Origin: Candidatus Latescibacterota bacterium
GTDB taxonomy: Bacteria; Krumholzibacteriota; Krumholzibacteriia; WVZY01
Assembly (NCBI GenBank): GCA_963791045.1
Contig: CAWBQK010000017.1
Span: forward strand, 204,078 to 268,077
Reading direction: 5' to 3'
DNA: 64,000 nucleotides
A program made the translations under genes and the position numbers. Of the stretch, positions 1 through 9,178 are shown one piece after another (within the stretch, counting starts at the first letter, position 1; each line of letters opens with the position of its first letter). Under the pieces are notes generated by a model. That model saw only the letters and a program-made list of their open reading frames with translations, was not told the DNA's origin and searched no databases.

Positions 1-1729
1 CGCGCGCGATGTCGATACCCTGGGTTCTGGACTTCTCGCCGGCTGGAGCTGATTTCATAAGGTCGCGGATACGTCCGGGAATCTGCATCCCGGGAACCTC
101 GTTGTGGAGGAACTCGGCGTTCTTGTAGCTGCTCAGCGGAAGCAGGCCCACGAGGACGGGAATATCGGATCCCTTTGTCCGATCGAGGAAATCCTCGAGC
201 AGTTTTGCTTCGTACACGGGCTGCGTGAGGACGAACTCGGCCCCCGCGGCGATCTTCTCGTTGAAACGCCGCACCTCGGTGTCGAGATCGACCGCCCCGG
301 GGTTGGCGCCGACACCGATGGCAAAACTCGTGGCCGAGCCGAGTGGGTTGCCGGCGAGATCGAGCCCCTGGTTCATGTTTTTTACAATGCGGGTGAGACC
401 GATCGAATCGACGTCGAATACGGCGGTGGCGCTGGGATAGTCGCCGAGCTTGGGTGGGTCGCCGGTGATGATGAGGACGTTCCTGAGACCGATGGCGTGG
501 GCCCCGATGAGATCCGCCTGCATCCCGAGGAGATTGCGGTCACGGCAGCAGTAGTGGAGCAGGGTCTCGATACCGACGTCGCGCTCGATAAGCGTTGCCA
601 GGGCCATCGGACTCATCCTGGCGCTGGCACGGGGGCCGTCGGCAATATTGATAACGTGTACGCCGTGAACCCGCAACTGGCGCGCCGCCTCGAGGGATTG
701 GGTGGGATCGAGCCCCTTTGGAGGATCGATCTCGACGCTGATAACGAATTCCTTCGAGAGCGCGTTGGCGAAACGGCTCCTCAGCGGAAGGGGCGTCTCT
801 GGGATGGTCTTTGCTTCTTTTTCAGCGCGCGGCGCTTCGGCTACCTGGTAGTGAACGGGACGAAGCGCGCGGATCGCGCTCGCCATTGCCTTGATATGGT
901 CGGGCGTCGTCCCACAGCAGCCGCCGATCAGCGACACACCACTCTGAATAAAACGTTTGGCGTACTCCGCCATGTATTCGGGGGAAGTGAGATAAATGAA
1001 CCGACTCTCGACGAGCCGGGGCGCGCCGGCATTCGGCATCGCGGAAAGGGTCTTGTCTGAAATCTGTCGCATCTTCTCGATGATCTCGAGCATCGGTTGT
1101 GGGCCGATGCTGCAGTTGCACCCGAGGGCCGCGAGGTCATAGCCGCTGAGTTCTTCGACAACATGTTCGGGGGACTGCCCCATGAGGGTTTGCCCCTCGT
1201 CGGAGAAGGTGAGCTGTGCGACGATGGGGAGATCGCAAACGGCCTGTGTCGCCTCGATGGCAATTTTGATTTCTTCGATACTCGGGATTGTCTCGATGAT
1301 AAAGAGGTCAACGTCATTGGCCAGCGCAGCCGCCTGTTCACGGAACGCCTCGAAGGCCTGGTCATTCGTGATCTTGCCGAGCGGACGAAGGGGTTTGCCC
1401 AGAGGGCCGATCGAAGCAGCGACAAACGTTTTCTTTCCGGCCGCCTTGCGGGCCAGCTCTACGCCCTTTTTGTTTATGGATTCCACCCGGTCTTCGAGCC
1501 CGTAGGGCGCCAGTTTGTATCGGTTGGCGCCAAAGGTGTTGGTCTCGATGATCTCCGCCCCGGCATCGATGTAGTGTTCGTGCAGTTCCTGAACGAGTGC
1601 GGGCCGGGTCAGGTTCAGCTCATCAAAACAGGTATTTATAAAAATACCCTTGGTGTAGAGCATGGTTCCGATTGCACCGTCCGCCAGCACGATTCGTTCT
1701 GCGAGTTCTCCGCGGATATCACGTGACAT
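1..1729 (-). CDS. bifunctional homocysteine S-methyltransferase / 5,10-methylenetetrahydrofolate reductase (YitJ-like), C-terminus cut by window edge
   Basis: Absent from the ORF track because it has no stop inside the window. Reverse complement from ATG (1729-1727) reads MSRDIRGELAERIVLADGAIGTMLYTKG... and stays open to position 1; no listed minus ORF uses this frame. N-half has the Hcy S-methyltransferase zinc motif GGCCGTTPDHI. C-half (VISVEIDPPKG, LLHYCCRDRN, VLIITGDPPK, LTQPVY) is MTHFR-like. Confidence 0.85.
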   Translation of the reverse strand, partial: MSRDIRGELAERIVLADGAIGTMLYTKGIFINTCFDELNLTRPALVQELHEHYIDAGAEIIETNTFGANRYKLAPYGLEDRVESINKKGVELARKAAGKKTFVAASIGPLGKPLRPLGKITNDQAFEAFREQAAALANDVDLFIIETIPSIEEIKIAIEATQAVCDLPIVAQLTFSDEGQTLMGQSPEHVVEELSGYDLAALGCNCSIGPQPMLEIIEKMRQISDKTLSAMPNAGAPRLVESRFIYLTSPEYMAEYAKRFIQSGVSLIGGCCGTTPDHIKAMASAIRALRPVHYQVAEAPRAEKEAKTIPETPLPLRSRFANALSKEFVISVEIDPPKGLDPTQSLEAARQLRVHGVHVINIADGPRASARMSPMALATLIERDVGIETLLHYCCRDRNLLGMQADLIGAHAIGLRNVLIITGDPPKLGDYPSATAVFDVDSIGLTRIVKNMNQGLDLAGNPLGSATSFAIGVGANPGAVDLDTEVRRFNEKIAAGAEFVLTQPVYEAKLLEDFLDRTKGSDIPVLVGLLPLSSYKNAEFLHNEVPGMQIPGRIRDLMKSAPAGEKSRTQGIDIAR

Positions 1730-1785
1730 CAAATATTCCTTGGTCAGGGGGGCCAAAATGCCGAAAAGGAGACTTCCGAATACTA

Positions 1786-1814
1786 ATTATAACCCGGGGG
1801 GAACGCAAACTAAA
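1786..1814 (-). promoter_or_regulatory. candidate sigma-70-type promoter for the YitJ-like gene (-35 TTTAGT, 17 nt, -10 TATAAT on minus strand)
   Basis: Perfect TATAAT (plus-strand ATTATA 1786-1791) about 57 nt upstream of the ATG at 1729; weak -35. Pattern only. Confidence 0.3.
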
Positions 1815-1880
1815 CTCTTTGGGTTCAACGGCTCGGGTAACGTCGAGCGTCCCGGGGTCGTCCGGGGTCCGCAAAATGGC

Positions 1881-1909
1881 TTGGCAACCCGCCCAATCTT
1901 TTATATTAT
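1881..1909 (+). promoter_or_regulatory. candidate sigma-70-type promoter for the M1 peptidase gene (TTGGCA, 17 nt, TATTAT)
   Basis: TTGGCA at 1881-1886, 17-nt spacer, TATTAT at 1904-1909, 47 nt upstream of ATG 1956. Pattern only. Confidence 0.4.
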
Positions 1910-1955
1910 TATTTAACAGGCTGTTCCACCCCTGGCTAGAGATTGGAAATCATCA

Positions 1956-3965
1956 ATGATACGTTTCAAATATCTCGTGGCATTCGCGGCTGCGATTCTA
2001 TTTGTGTTTGCGTCCCCATCCGCCGGGAAGGCGCAGGAGCGGCATGACGCCGCTGAATTTGCCAAGCAAGAATTGTCTCGATACCGCAGGGTCCGCGAAA
2101 GGATGCTTCTCGACTCGATCAGGAAGGCCGAAGTGGACCAGTCGATTTTTGACGCCCTTCACTACGAGCTCGTGTTGGACGTCGATCCGGTGTCCGAGTC
2201 GATTTCGGGCACGCTCGGATTGACGGCCCTCGCCACTGCCGGCTCGCCGTCGAATATTGTTCTCGACCTTGCTGATAGTCTGACTGTGACGGGTGCGCGT
2301 GAGGGCGGGGTCTCGAGCGTTTTCACGCACGAGGACGATTTGTTGACGATCGATCTTGCATGGGACTACGCGGTCGGGGATACCATCCGCATCGAAGTCG
2401 ATTACGGCGGAGAACCTACCGGCCTGAACGAGGAACTCTATTCCAACGCGTTTTCGTTTGACCGGCACGGTCCCGATTATGAAAATCGGAACCAGGTGGT
2501 CATCTATACCATAAGCGAGACAAATTTTGCGCGCGCCTGGTGGCCGTGCAAGGACGTTCTCGATGACAAGGCGACGACGCGGCTTCATATCACCGTTCCA
2601 GATACGCTGGTGGTGGCGTCTAATGGACTTCTCGAGTCCGAGACAGCCATCGACGGCGGCAAGAAAACATATGTGTGGCACGAACGGTATCCGATCGCCA
2701 CGTATCTGGTTTCGCTCGCCATATCCAACTACGAAGTGTTTGAAGATTATTATCATTACACAGCGCTCGACTCGATGCCCGTTACGTATTTTGTGTACCC
2801 GGAGGATCTTGAGGCCGCCCAGGTGGATTTTGCCGTTACGGTTCCGATGATCGAATTTTTTTCCGGGCTGTTTGGCGAATACCCGTTTATCGAAGAGAAA
2901 TACGGGATGGCCGAGTTTGGTTGGGGCGGTGCCATGGAGCACCAGACGTGTACCAGTATGAGCGCGGGAATGATCCGTGGGGACGGCAGCCGTGCCTGGG
3001 TTATCGCGCACGAACTCGCTCACCAGTGGTACGGCGATCTGGTATCGCCCGCAACCTGGGAGGACATTTGGCTCAATGAAGGTTTCGCGACGTACTGCGA
3101 GGCGCTTTGGCGCGAGTACACGGAAGGGTTTGAAGCGTACAAGGAAGACATCACGCGCCGGCGCTCGAGGTTCGGATTCCGCGGAACGCTCTACGATCCG
3201 GACGATCTTTTTGGGATTACGGTGTACTGGAAGGGATGTTGGGTTCTACACATGCTCAGGCACGTCATGGGCGACGAGGCGTTTTTCAATTCGCTCCGCG
3301 ATCATGCGTCCGATCCGGCGCACAGTTACAAGAACGCGACGACGGCGGGATTCCAGAGTATCTGCGAGCGCAACTACGAGGGGAGCCTCGCATGGTTTTT
3401 TGACAGGTGGGTGTACGGCACCGGCGAACCGCGGTACGCGTACTACTGGAACCAGCGCGAAACCGGCGGGCGATTTACGATTGACGTCACATTGAAACAG
3501 ACGCAGGCGGAAGGTCTGTTTGCGATGCCCGTGGATTTCCGTTTTGCCACAACCGCGGGAGACACGACGATAACGGTGTGGAACTCAGAACGGCTCGAAC
3601 ACTATGAATTCAGCTTTCTCGATCGTGTCAGCGCGGTAGCATTCGATCCGGACGAGTGGATTTTGAAAGATTCCGAGGAGCGGGGAATCGAGGCGGTGTC
3701 GATGGGAATTACCCCGAATCCCTTCAACGCGGCGACGCGGATCTCTTTTGAGTTGAGCGTGCCCGGTCAAATCGAGATCGACATCTTTGATGTGACGGGC
3801 GCTCGCGTGACGGTCCTCGACAAGAAACAGGTACCACCCGGTTATCACGAAGTGGTATGGGATGGCAAAAACAGTTCGGGTCAAATGGTGTCGTCGGGGG
3901 TATACTTCGTGCGGTTGCAGACGCCCCAGGGCGGTCAGGTAAAAAAAGCGGTGTTTCTCAAGTAA
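1956..3965 (+). CDS. secreted M1-family (gluzincin) aminopeptidase with T9SS-type C-terminal sorting domain
   Basis: 669-aa ORF with signal peptide MIRFKYLVAFAAAILFVFASPSAG. GAMEH exopeptidase-like motif; HELAH-x18-E zinc site (HELAHQWYG...WLNEGFATY). Last ~80 aa (PNPFNAATRISFEL...GVYFVRLQTPQGGQVKKAVFLK) resemble T9SS type-A / FlgD-Ig-like CTDs. Confidence 0.9.
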   Translation: MIRFKYLVAFAAAILFVFASPSAGKAQERHDAAEFAKQELSRYRRVRERMLLDSIRKAEVDQSIFDALHYELVLDVDPVSESISGTLGLTALATAGSPSNIVLDLADSLTVTGAREGGVSSVFTHEDDLLTIDLAWDYAVGDTIRIEVDYGGEPTGLNEELYSNAFSFDRHGPDYENRNQVVIYTISETNFARAWWPCKDVLDDKATTRLHITVPDTLVVASNGLLESETAIDGGKKTYVWHERYPIATYLVSLAISNYEVFEDYYHYTALDSMPVTYFVYPEDLEAAQVDFAVTVPMIEFFSGLFGEYPFIEEKYGMAEFGWGGAMEHQTCTSMSAGMIRGDGSRAWVIAHELAHQWYGDLVSPATWEDIWLNEGFATYCEALWREYTEGFEAYKEDITRRRSRFGFRGTLYDPDDLFGITVYWKGCWVLHMLRHVMGDEAFFNSLRDHASDPAHSYKNATTAGFQSICERNYEGSLAWFFDRWVYGTGEPRYAYYWNQRETGGRFTIDVTLKQTQAEGLFAMPVDFRFATTAGDTTITVWNSERLEHYEFSFLDRVSAVAFDPDEWILKDSEERGIEAVSMGITPNPFNAATRISFELSVPGQIEIDIFDVTGARVTVLDKKQVPPGYHEVVWDGKNSSGQMVSSGVYFVRLQTPQGGQVKKAVFLK

Positions 3966-3997
3966 TTCGAACCCGGCGTCCGGAGTCAGGGAGGGCC

Positions 3998-4702
3998 ATG
4001 AAACGGATTGTATTTTTTGTTCTGTTGATTGTGTTTGTCGGCGTTGGTCTTCTCAAGTCTGAGGTCGTCTACCTCAAGGACGGCTCGACGCTGAAGGGCA
4101 CCGTGAAGAAGATGTCGGGGGACACACTCTATTTTGAGGCCTCGTTCGGTTCGCTGATGAAAATATCGAAAGACAAGATAGTCAGGATCGACTTTGCGGA
4201 GGGCTCGTCCGTTGTGTCGCCCGGGCCGCCGCCGGCTGTGGAGGAGAGTGGAGCGAGCGCCGAGCCTGGGAGCTTGATGGTCGTTTTCGAGAAAGTCAAA
4301 TTTACCAGTAAAATTTCGGTCAAGCGTGATCGTGATCGCGAAGGACACGAACGCGAGAACGCCATCGAGATGAGGCTCATGCTTGAAGGGAATACAATTT
4401 ATTCGTTGATCGATTCGACGACTGACAAGGTCATTGCGAATGGTCCCGAAACAACACTGCGAAATGATATCGAACCACAGGCGTTTTCCCTCGCATTGGC
4501 TCCGGGAATGTATCAGGGGGCGCTCCGTATCGGGAACACGCGGATAGACAAATACGCCGAACGGTTTGATCCGGAACCGCTCGACAAACTCCTTGTCCTG
4601 GACAACTTGAAGATAAAGCCGAACGAGACGCTCGTGGTTCGCGTGACGGTAAAGAAGAAATTGCTGGGGCTGAAGAAGTCAGATATGTCGCGCCAACAGT
4701 GA
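3998..4702 (+). CDS. hypothetical secreted protein
   Basis: Internal ATG at 3998 preceded by GGAGGG. It starts a clear signal peptide (MKRIVFFVLLIVFVGVGLLKS). The upstream part of ORF 3857.. overlaps the peptidase C-terminus and looks non-coding. No recognisable catalytic motif. Confidence 0.7.
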   Translation: MKRIVFFVLLIVFVGVGLLKSEVVYLKDGSTLKGTVKKMSGDTLYFEASFGSLMKISKDKIVRIDFAEGSSVVSPGPPPAVEESGASAEPGSLMVVFEKVKFTSKISVKRDRDREGHERENAIEMRLMLEGNTIYSLIDSTTDKVIANGPETTLRNDIEPQAFSLALAPGMYQGALRIGNTRIDKYAERFDPEPLDKLLVLDNLKIKPNETLVVRVTVKKKLLGLKKSDMSRQQ

Positions 4703-4719
4703 CGGGTAGTGTGTAGGGA

Positions 4720-5856
4720 TTATTCGGACAGATTATCGAGCGCCTGTGTGAGAAGTTCACGCAGGCGTTCATCCGTTCCGGCCCGGTCTAGTGACTGCCC
4801 AAACGCGACAAGCGCGTTGTCATGCTCGCCTTTTATTCGGTAAAGATTCCCGAGGTAGTAATAGACCCATGCGTTGTCCGGGTCGATTGCCAACGCCTCA
4901 CGAAAACTATGTTCGGATGCGTCAAAATCGCCTGTTGCCGCGAACACGCGGCCGAGATTTGTGTGTGCGTCGGCGTATTCGGAACGGAGTTGGATTGCCC
5001 TGCGATACTCAGCTGCGGCGGCGGGATAATCTTTTTGTTTGGAGTAAAGGTCTCCGAGAATCTTGTGCGCTTCGGCAAGTTCGGGTTCGATTTCCAACGC
5101 CCTCTTGAGCGCCTCTTCGGCTTGTACCGGCCTGTCGAGGGCCGTGTAGCATTCTCCAATTCCCATGTAAGCGTCGGCGTGGTTTGGATTCTCCTGCACG
5201 ACCTTTTGATATTCGGCTGCGGCGTCTTCGTAGAGTCCCTTCTGATAGAAAATCATACCGAGCCCCAGGCGGCCCTCGATCGAATTCGGGTCGGATTTCA
5301 AACCTCGATAAAGGTAAAACGTCGCCTGGTGAACCTTGCCCGTCTTGGCATACACCCATCCGAGATAGATATACGCTTCGGCATAGGAGGGCTTGATGGT
5401 AATGGCGTTGATAAGACTTTCTTCGGCGCCGTCGTAATCCCCGGTCTCCATCCGGAGCTTGCCCTGGCCCGTCAGCGCTTCGTGAAAGTCGTTTTTCAAA
5501 CGGATGGCCACATCGTATTCGCGCGCGGCCGCCTGGTACGATCCCATTGCCGCATAGGTTTCGCCCAACCCATAATGAAGGATCGGATCAGAGGGATAGG
5601 CCTCGAGGGCGATTTTGAAATGTTCGACCGCGGAATCATAATTGCCCACATAATAGTAAGCGACCCCAAGATTGAGATGGGTGTCCGGGTCGTCTTCTCG
5701 GTAAGTCAGAGATTTTTCAAAATTTTCGACGGCTGCTTCGGGGTCGTCCTGCTCGATGGAGTCGATGCCCTGGTTGTAGTACAAAAGCGCCTTATCCTGG
5801 CATGCGGGGAGCAGTATTACCGCGACGAGTAGGAATAGAATTGTTGATGTTTTCAT
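4720..5856 (-). CDS. TPR-repeat lipoprotein
   Basis: Start moved to MKTSTILFLLVAVILLPAC (lipobox LLPAC) at 5856. Body is consecutive 34-aa TPR units (AxxxYxxAL..DP.. pattern repeated about 9 times). Confidence 0.85.
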   Translation of the reverse strand: MKTSTILFLLVAVILLPACQDKALLYYNQGIDSIEQDDPEAAVENFEKSLTYREDDPDTHLNLGVAYYYVGNYDSAVEHFKIALEAYPSDPILHYGLGETYAAMGSYQAAAREYDVAIRLKNDFHEALTGQGKLRMETGDYDGAEESLINAITIKPSYAEAYIYLGWVYAKTGKVHQATFYLYRGLKSDPNSIEGRLGLGMIFYQKGLYEDAAAEYQKVVQENPNHADAYMGIGECYTALDRPVQAEEALKRALEIEPELAEAHKILGDLYSKQKDYPAAAAEYRRAIQLRSEYADAHTNLGRVFAATGDFDASEHSFREALAIDPDNAWVYYYLGNLYRIKGEHDNALVAFGQSLDRAGTDERLRELLTQALDNLSE

Positions 5857-5906
5857 AGGGGGGAAGCTAAAGGAAAGTGATGGCGAGTTCAAGGAGATTC
5901 TTGGGA

Positions 5907-5939
5907 GGCACAAAGAGGCGGGAGCATCGAGATCCCGCC
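5907..5939 (-). terminator. candidate intrinsic terminator after the nfeD-stomatin operon
   Basis: On minus strand: GGCGGGA / 9-nt loop / TCCCGCC (5939-5917), followed by TCTTTGTG, beginning 12 nt after the stomatin stop (5951-5953). Confidence 0.45.
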
Positions 5940-5950
5940 CCTATTTATGT

Positions 5951-6706
5951 TCAGCCGTCGCCTTTCATTTTCTTCAAAAACGGTTCGAAGAGATCTATTG
6001 GAACCGGGAAGATCATTGTCGAGTTCTTTTCCGACGCAACCTCGGTCAATGTCTGCAAGAATCTCAGCTGCAAGGTGATGGTGTTTTGCCCGAGAATGTT
6101 CGCCGCTTCGTAGAGCTTTTGAGACGCCTGGAACTCGCCGTCCGCATGAATAACCTTGGCCCGTCGCTCGCGCTCCGCCTCCGCCTGGCGCGCGATGGCA
6201 CGCTGCATTTCGACGGGGAGGTCGACGTGCTTGATTTCAACGAGCGAAACCTTGATGCCCCAGGAATCGGTTTGTTCGTCGATTATCCGTTGCAAGCGTG
6301 AATTGATGTCATCGCGTTCGGCGAGCAGCTGGTCGAGTTCGGCCTGACCCAGGACCGATCGAAGCGTCGTTTGCGCGAGTTGTGTCGTGGCGTAGAGAAA
6401 GTCCTCGACTTCGACAATCGCTTTGTCCGCCGCCATCACCCGGAAATATACGACGGCGTTTACCTTCACCGAGACGTTGTCTTTGGTGATTACGTCCTGG
6501 GGGGCGACATCCATCGCGACGACGCGGAGGCTCACCCTGACCATTCGATCGATTATCGGAATCAGAATAACCAACCCGGGCCCCTTGACGCCGACCAGGC
6601 GCCCCAGTCGGAAGATGACTGCGCGTTCATATTCCCGGAGGACTCGAATCGCGCTGGCAACAACGAGAAGCACGATTAACACGAATACAATCAGTGGCAG
6701 ACCCAC
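5951..6706 (-). CDS. SPFH/band-7 (stomatin/slipin-like) membrane protein
   Basis: 251-aa ORF. N-terminal TM helix, then [14 protein letters not shown]...[26 protein letters not shown], typical PHB/stomatin core. GTG start abuts the nfeD stop (TAAGTG). Confidence 0.9.
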   Translation of the reverse strand: MGLPLIVFVLIVLLVVASAIRVLREYERAVIFRLGRLVGVKGPGLVILIPIIDRMVRVSLRVVAMDVAPQDVITKDNVSVKVNAVVYFRVMAADKAIVEVEDFLYATTQLAQTTLRSVLGQAELDQLLAERDDINSRLQRIIDEQTDSWGIKVSLVEIKHVDLPVEMQRAIARQAEAERERRAKVIHADGEFQASQKLYEAANILGQNTITLQLRFLQTLTEVASEKNSTMIFPVPIDLFEPFLKKMKGDG

Positions 6707-8092
6707 TTATGTTACCTCCTTTTGCGCGACGCTTTTAACCTTTAGCGTCATGCCTTTAATGCCGATGACCTGTATTTTAGTGTTGGCTGGAATCTTAGTG
6801 TCGCTGTAAGCATTCCAGAATTCTCCGTGGACGAAGACGGAACCATCACCATCGATGTCGGTTCGGGCGACACCTGTGTCCCCAAGGATACCTTTTTCAC
6901 CGGTTGTCACTTTTTTGGTTTGCGCGCGAAGTCCCATGCCTACCGCGAACACGAAAAAGAGCGCGGTGAAAATTACAGCCGGTACGATGACCGACAGGGA
7001 AACGCGCATGAACGGCATCGGAGAATCGATCAACATTATTGATCCGATGATCATCGAAACCACGCCTCCAACGGTTAATAGCCCTCCGGATGGTATCTTG
7101 ACTTCAAGAAGAAACATGACGACGGCGAGAAGGATGAGGGCCAGGCCCGCGAGGTTGACCGGCAAAAGTTGAAGTGCAAAAAACGCAAGAAGAATAGATA
7201 TTCCGCCCGCGACTCCGGGGAAGATCGCCCCGGGATTCTGCAGTTCGAAAAATATTCCGAATATGCCGAGAAGGAGAAGGAGATAAGCGATATTCGGGTC
7301 GGATATTTTCGCGAGAAATTGTTCCCTCAGCGATGGATTTTCGGTTATCACGACCGCGTCGGCGGTCGCAAGCGTGGCGGGCTCACCGTTGAGTTCAACC
7401 TGGAGCCCGTCGAGCATTTCGATGAGTTGTTCGAGGTCATCGGCGAGGAGGTCGATGACGCCGAGTTCGAGCGCTTCTTCCGCCGTTGAGGAAATACTCT
7501 CGCGGACGATTTGCTCGGCCCACTCGACATCGCGTCCCCGTTTCTTTGCGAGGCCCCTCGCAAACGCCGCGGCGTCGTTTGTGACTTTTTCGAGCATTTC
7601 GTCATCCATCTTGCCCTGACCGACGGGGACAGGGTGCGCGGCGCCGATGTTGGTACTCGGCGCCATCGCGACGACGTGTGACGCCAGACTTATAACGGCC
7701 CCGGCGCTCGCTGCCCGTCCACCACTGGGATACACAAAAATAACAACGGGGACGGGACTCGCCAGGATATCTTTAATGATGCTGCGCATGGAGGCATCGA
7801 GGCCGCCCGGCGTGTCCATAGTGAAGATTATACACTCGGGCCGGAGCACGGCTGCGCTTTCGATAATTCTGTGGACGTAATCCTTGGTTACCGGGCCGAT
7901 GGCGTCATTCATCTCGCCCACAACTATGCGGCGCCCCCGGGTTTGATCCTCAGCAGTTGCCGCAGTCGGACGTAGACTTGTGAGAGTGAACGCGGCGAGG
8001 AATGAAATGAGAATGAGGAAGGGCAGGGACCGGATCGAGGAGGAAACCCCACGGAATCGGACTGCGAGATAAGTATTGGTTTTGTTGGCCAT
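6707..8092 (-). CDS. nfeD: NfeD-family membrane-bound ClpP-class serine protease
   Basis: 461-aa ORF. N-terminal ClpP-like domain (TPGGLDASMRSI, ASAGAVISLA), multi-TM middle, C-terminal NfeD OB-fold (GVARTDIDGDGSVFVHGEFWNAYS). Classic pairing with the downstream stomatin gene. Confidence 0.9.
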   Translation of the reverse strand: MANKTNTYLAVRFRGVSSSIRSLPFLILISFLAAFTLTSLRPTAATAEDQTRGRRIVVGEMNDAIGPVTKDYVHRIIESAAVLRPECIIFTMDTPGGLDASMRSIIKDILASPVPVVIFVYPSGGRAASAGAVISLASHVVAMAPSTNIGAAHPVPVGQGKMDDEMLEKVTNDAAAFARGLAKKRGRDVEWAEQIVRESISSTAEEALELGVIDLLADDLEQLIEMLDGLQVELNGEPATLATADAVVITENPSLREQFLAKISDPNIAYLLLLLGIFGIFFELQNPGAIFPGVAGGISILLAFFALQLLPVNLAGLALILLAVVMFLLEVKIPSGGLLTVGGVVSMIIGSIMLIDSPMPFMRVSLSVIVPAVIFTALFFVFAVGMGLRAQTKKVTTGEKGILGDTGVARTDIDGDGSVFVHGEFWNAYSDTKIPANTKIQVIGIKGMTLKVKSVAQKEVT

Positions 8093-8227
8093 ACCGGTAC
8101 ACGCTACAATACAATGAAACCACTTTCCTGGTTTATGTTAACCGATCCAAGGGGCAAAGCAAGGGCCTTTTTGATCGCTGTTCGATTTCGATGTCCAGGG
8201 CCGAGAGACACCCGTCGTTTCGAGGTT

Positions 8228-8256
8228 TTGCAATTCCGCCGAAATTGGGATATATT
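8228..8256 (+). promoter_or_regulatory. candidate sigma-70-type promoter (TTGCAA, 17 nt, TATATT) for the HNH gene
   Basis: TTGCAA 8228-8233, 17-nt spacer, TATATT 8251-8256. Pattern only. Confidence 0.4.
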
Positions 8257-8325
8257 CTTTACAGATAGTAGCATCAGCGCCGAGGCTTCTCTAAAAGGAG
8301 AACTATCTTCGAGAACGTTCTGGTT

Positions 8326-8829
8326 TTGAACGCGTCATTTGAACCGCTCAACGTGATCAATTGGAAGCGGGCGATGAAGCTCGTTTTCCTCGACAAGGTG
8401 GAAGTGCTTGAGGAATCCGATCACGTGATTCGTTCGACAACACTGTCGATGCGCGTCCCCGCCGTGATTCGTCTGGTTCGTTTTGTTCGGTTTCGGCGAT
8501 GGGATGTTAAATTTTCGCGGCAAAACATTTATGCGCGGGACAAGTACCGGTGCCAGTACTGCGGCGAGGAGTTCGCGCCCAAAGACCTCACCTGCGATCA
8601 CGTCATTCCGAGATCGCAGGGTGGCCCGACAGAGTGGACCAATATTGTTGCCAGCTGCGGCAAGTGCAATCGCAAGAAGGGCGGAATGACTCCGGCACAG
8701 GCCGGGCTTCGGTTGTTGAAGAATCCGTCACGGCCAAGCTGGTTGATAGCATTCAAGACACGGTTCAAGGCGAAGGAACCGCCCGACGAGTGGCGCGAGT
8801 ACTTGTTCGGAATGGGGAGAGGGAATTGA
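8326..8829 (+). CDS. HNH endonuclease family protein (McrA-like small HNH)
   Basis: CQYCGEEFAPKDLTCDHVIPRSQGGPTEWTNIVASCGKCNRKKG = HNH/Cys4 motif. The listed start is TTG 8326, but the conserved N-terminus (VLVLNASFEPL) and the AAGGAG at 8295-8300 suggest a more upstream non-canonical start (ATC 8305 or CTG 8320). Confidence 0.85.
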   Translation: MNASFEPLNVINWKRAMKLVFLDKVEVLEESDHVIRSTTLSMRVPAVIRLVRFVRFRRWDVKFSRQNIYARDKYRCQYCGEEFAPKDLTCDHVIPRSQGGPTEWTNIVASCGKCNRKKGGMTPAQAGLRLLKNPSRPSWLIAFKTRFKAKEPPDEWREYLFGMGRGN

Positions 8830-8862
8830 GAACCCGGAAACGAGTGTGGGGAAGGTGGAGGA

Positions 8863-8951
8863 TGGTGCCGGAGGTCGGAATCGAACCGACACGGAGCTAA
8901 GGCTCCGGGGGATTTTGAGTCCCCTGCGTCTACCAATTTCACCACTCCGGC
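8863..8951 (-). tRNA. tRNA-Leu (anticodon CAA), CCA encoded
   Basis: Reverse complement GCCGGAGTGGTGAAATTGGTAGACGCAGGGGACTCAAAATCCCCCGGAGCCTTAGCTCCGTGTCGGTTCGATTCCGACCTCCGGCACCA. Acceptor 7 bp GCCGGAG/CTCCGGC; anticodon stem GGGGA/TCCCC with loop CTCAAAA; long variable arm; T-loop GGTTCGATTCC. Confidence 0.95.
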
Positions 8952-9051
8952 ACAATGGTTCGCGGGCCGTCCGGAAGACGCCATTGCCATGTTAATGACA
9001 TAACCTGCTTATTGTCAAGGCCCTTCGGAACATCACGTCCTTCTTTTGGAC

Positions 9052-9079
9052 TTGACTTCGGAGTTTGTTTTGATAAGGT
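9052..9079 (+). promoter_or_regulatory. candidate promoter for tRNA-Ala (TTGACT, 16 nt, TAAGGT)
   Basis: -10 ends 10 nt before the mature tRNA 5' end at 9090. Pattern only. Confidence 0.35.
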
Positions 9080-9089
9080 TGTTGCTCGT

Positions 9090-9165
9090 GGGGTTGTAGC
9101 TCAGCTGGGAGAGCACTTGACTGGCAGTCAAGAGGTCACGGGTTCGAACCCCGTCAACTCCACCA
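9090..9165 (+). tRNA. tRNA-Ala (anticodon GGC), CCA encoded
   Basis: GGGGTTGTAGCTCAGCTGGGAGAGCACTTGACTGGCAGTCAAGAGGTCACGGGTTCGAACCCCGTCAACTCCACCA. G3:U70 alanine identity pair; anticodon stem CTTGA/TCAAG with loop CTGGCAG; canonical D and T arms. Confidence 0.95.
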
Positions 9166-9178
9166 ACTTTTTGCTCCC

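Noticed and set aside
1730-1955. Possible SAM (S-box) riboswitch upstream of the YitJ-like gene, as in Bacillus yitJ
   Set aside because: The minus-strand leader lacks the S-box core elements (GAGGGA, GCAACC, GGTGCTAAATCC-like). A perfect TATAAT only about 57 nt from the ATG leaves too short a leader. Only a 5-bp CCCGG/CCGGG hairpin is present.
3857-3997. N-terminal extensions proposed by the ORF track (3857, 29483, 31830, 35315, 37315, 40528, 45082, 46050, 49158, 49963, 50751, 51514, 21761, 5913)
   Set aside because: In every case the extension overlaps the preceding gene or a promoter and has non-protein-like composition. An internal start gives a proper signal peptide, SD or conserved family N-terminus.
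8326-8829. HNH endonuclease as part of a restriction-modification or other defence system
   Set aside because: There is no methyltransferase, helicase, ATPase or other partner nearby. The neighbours are nfeD-stomatin and tRNAs. This small stand-alone HNH family is widespread and of unknown housekeeping role.
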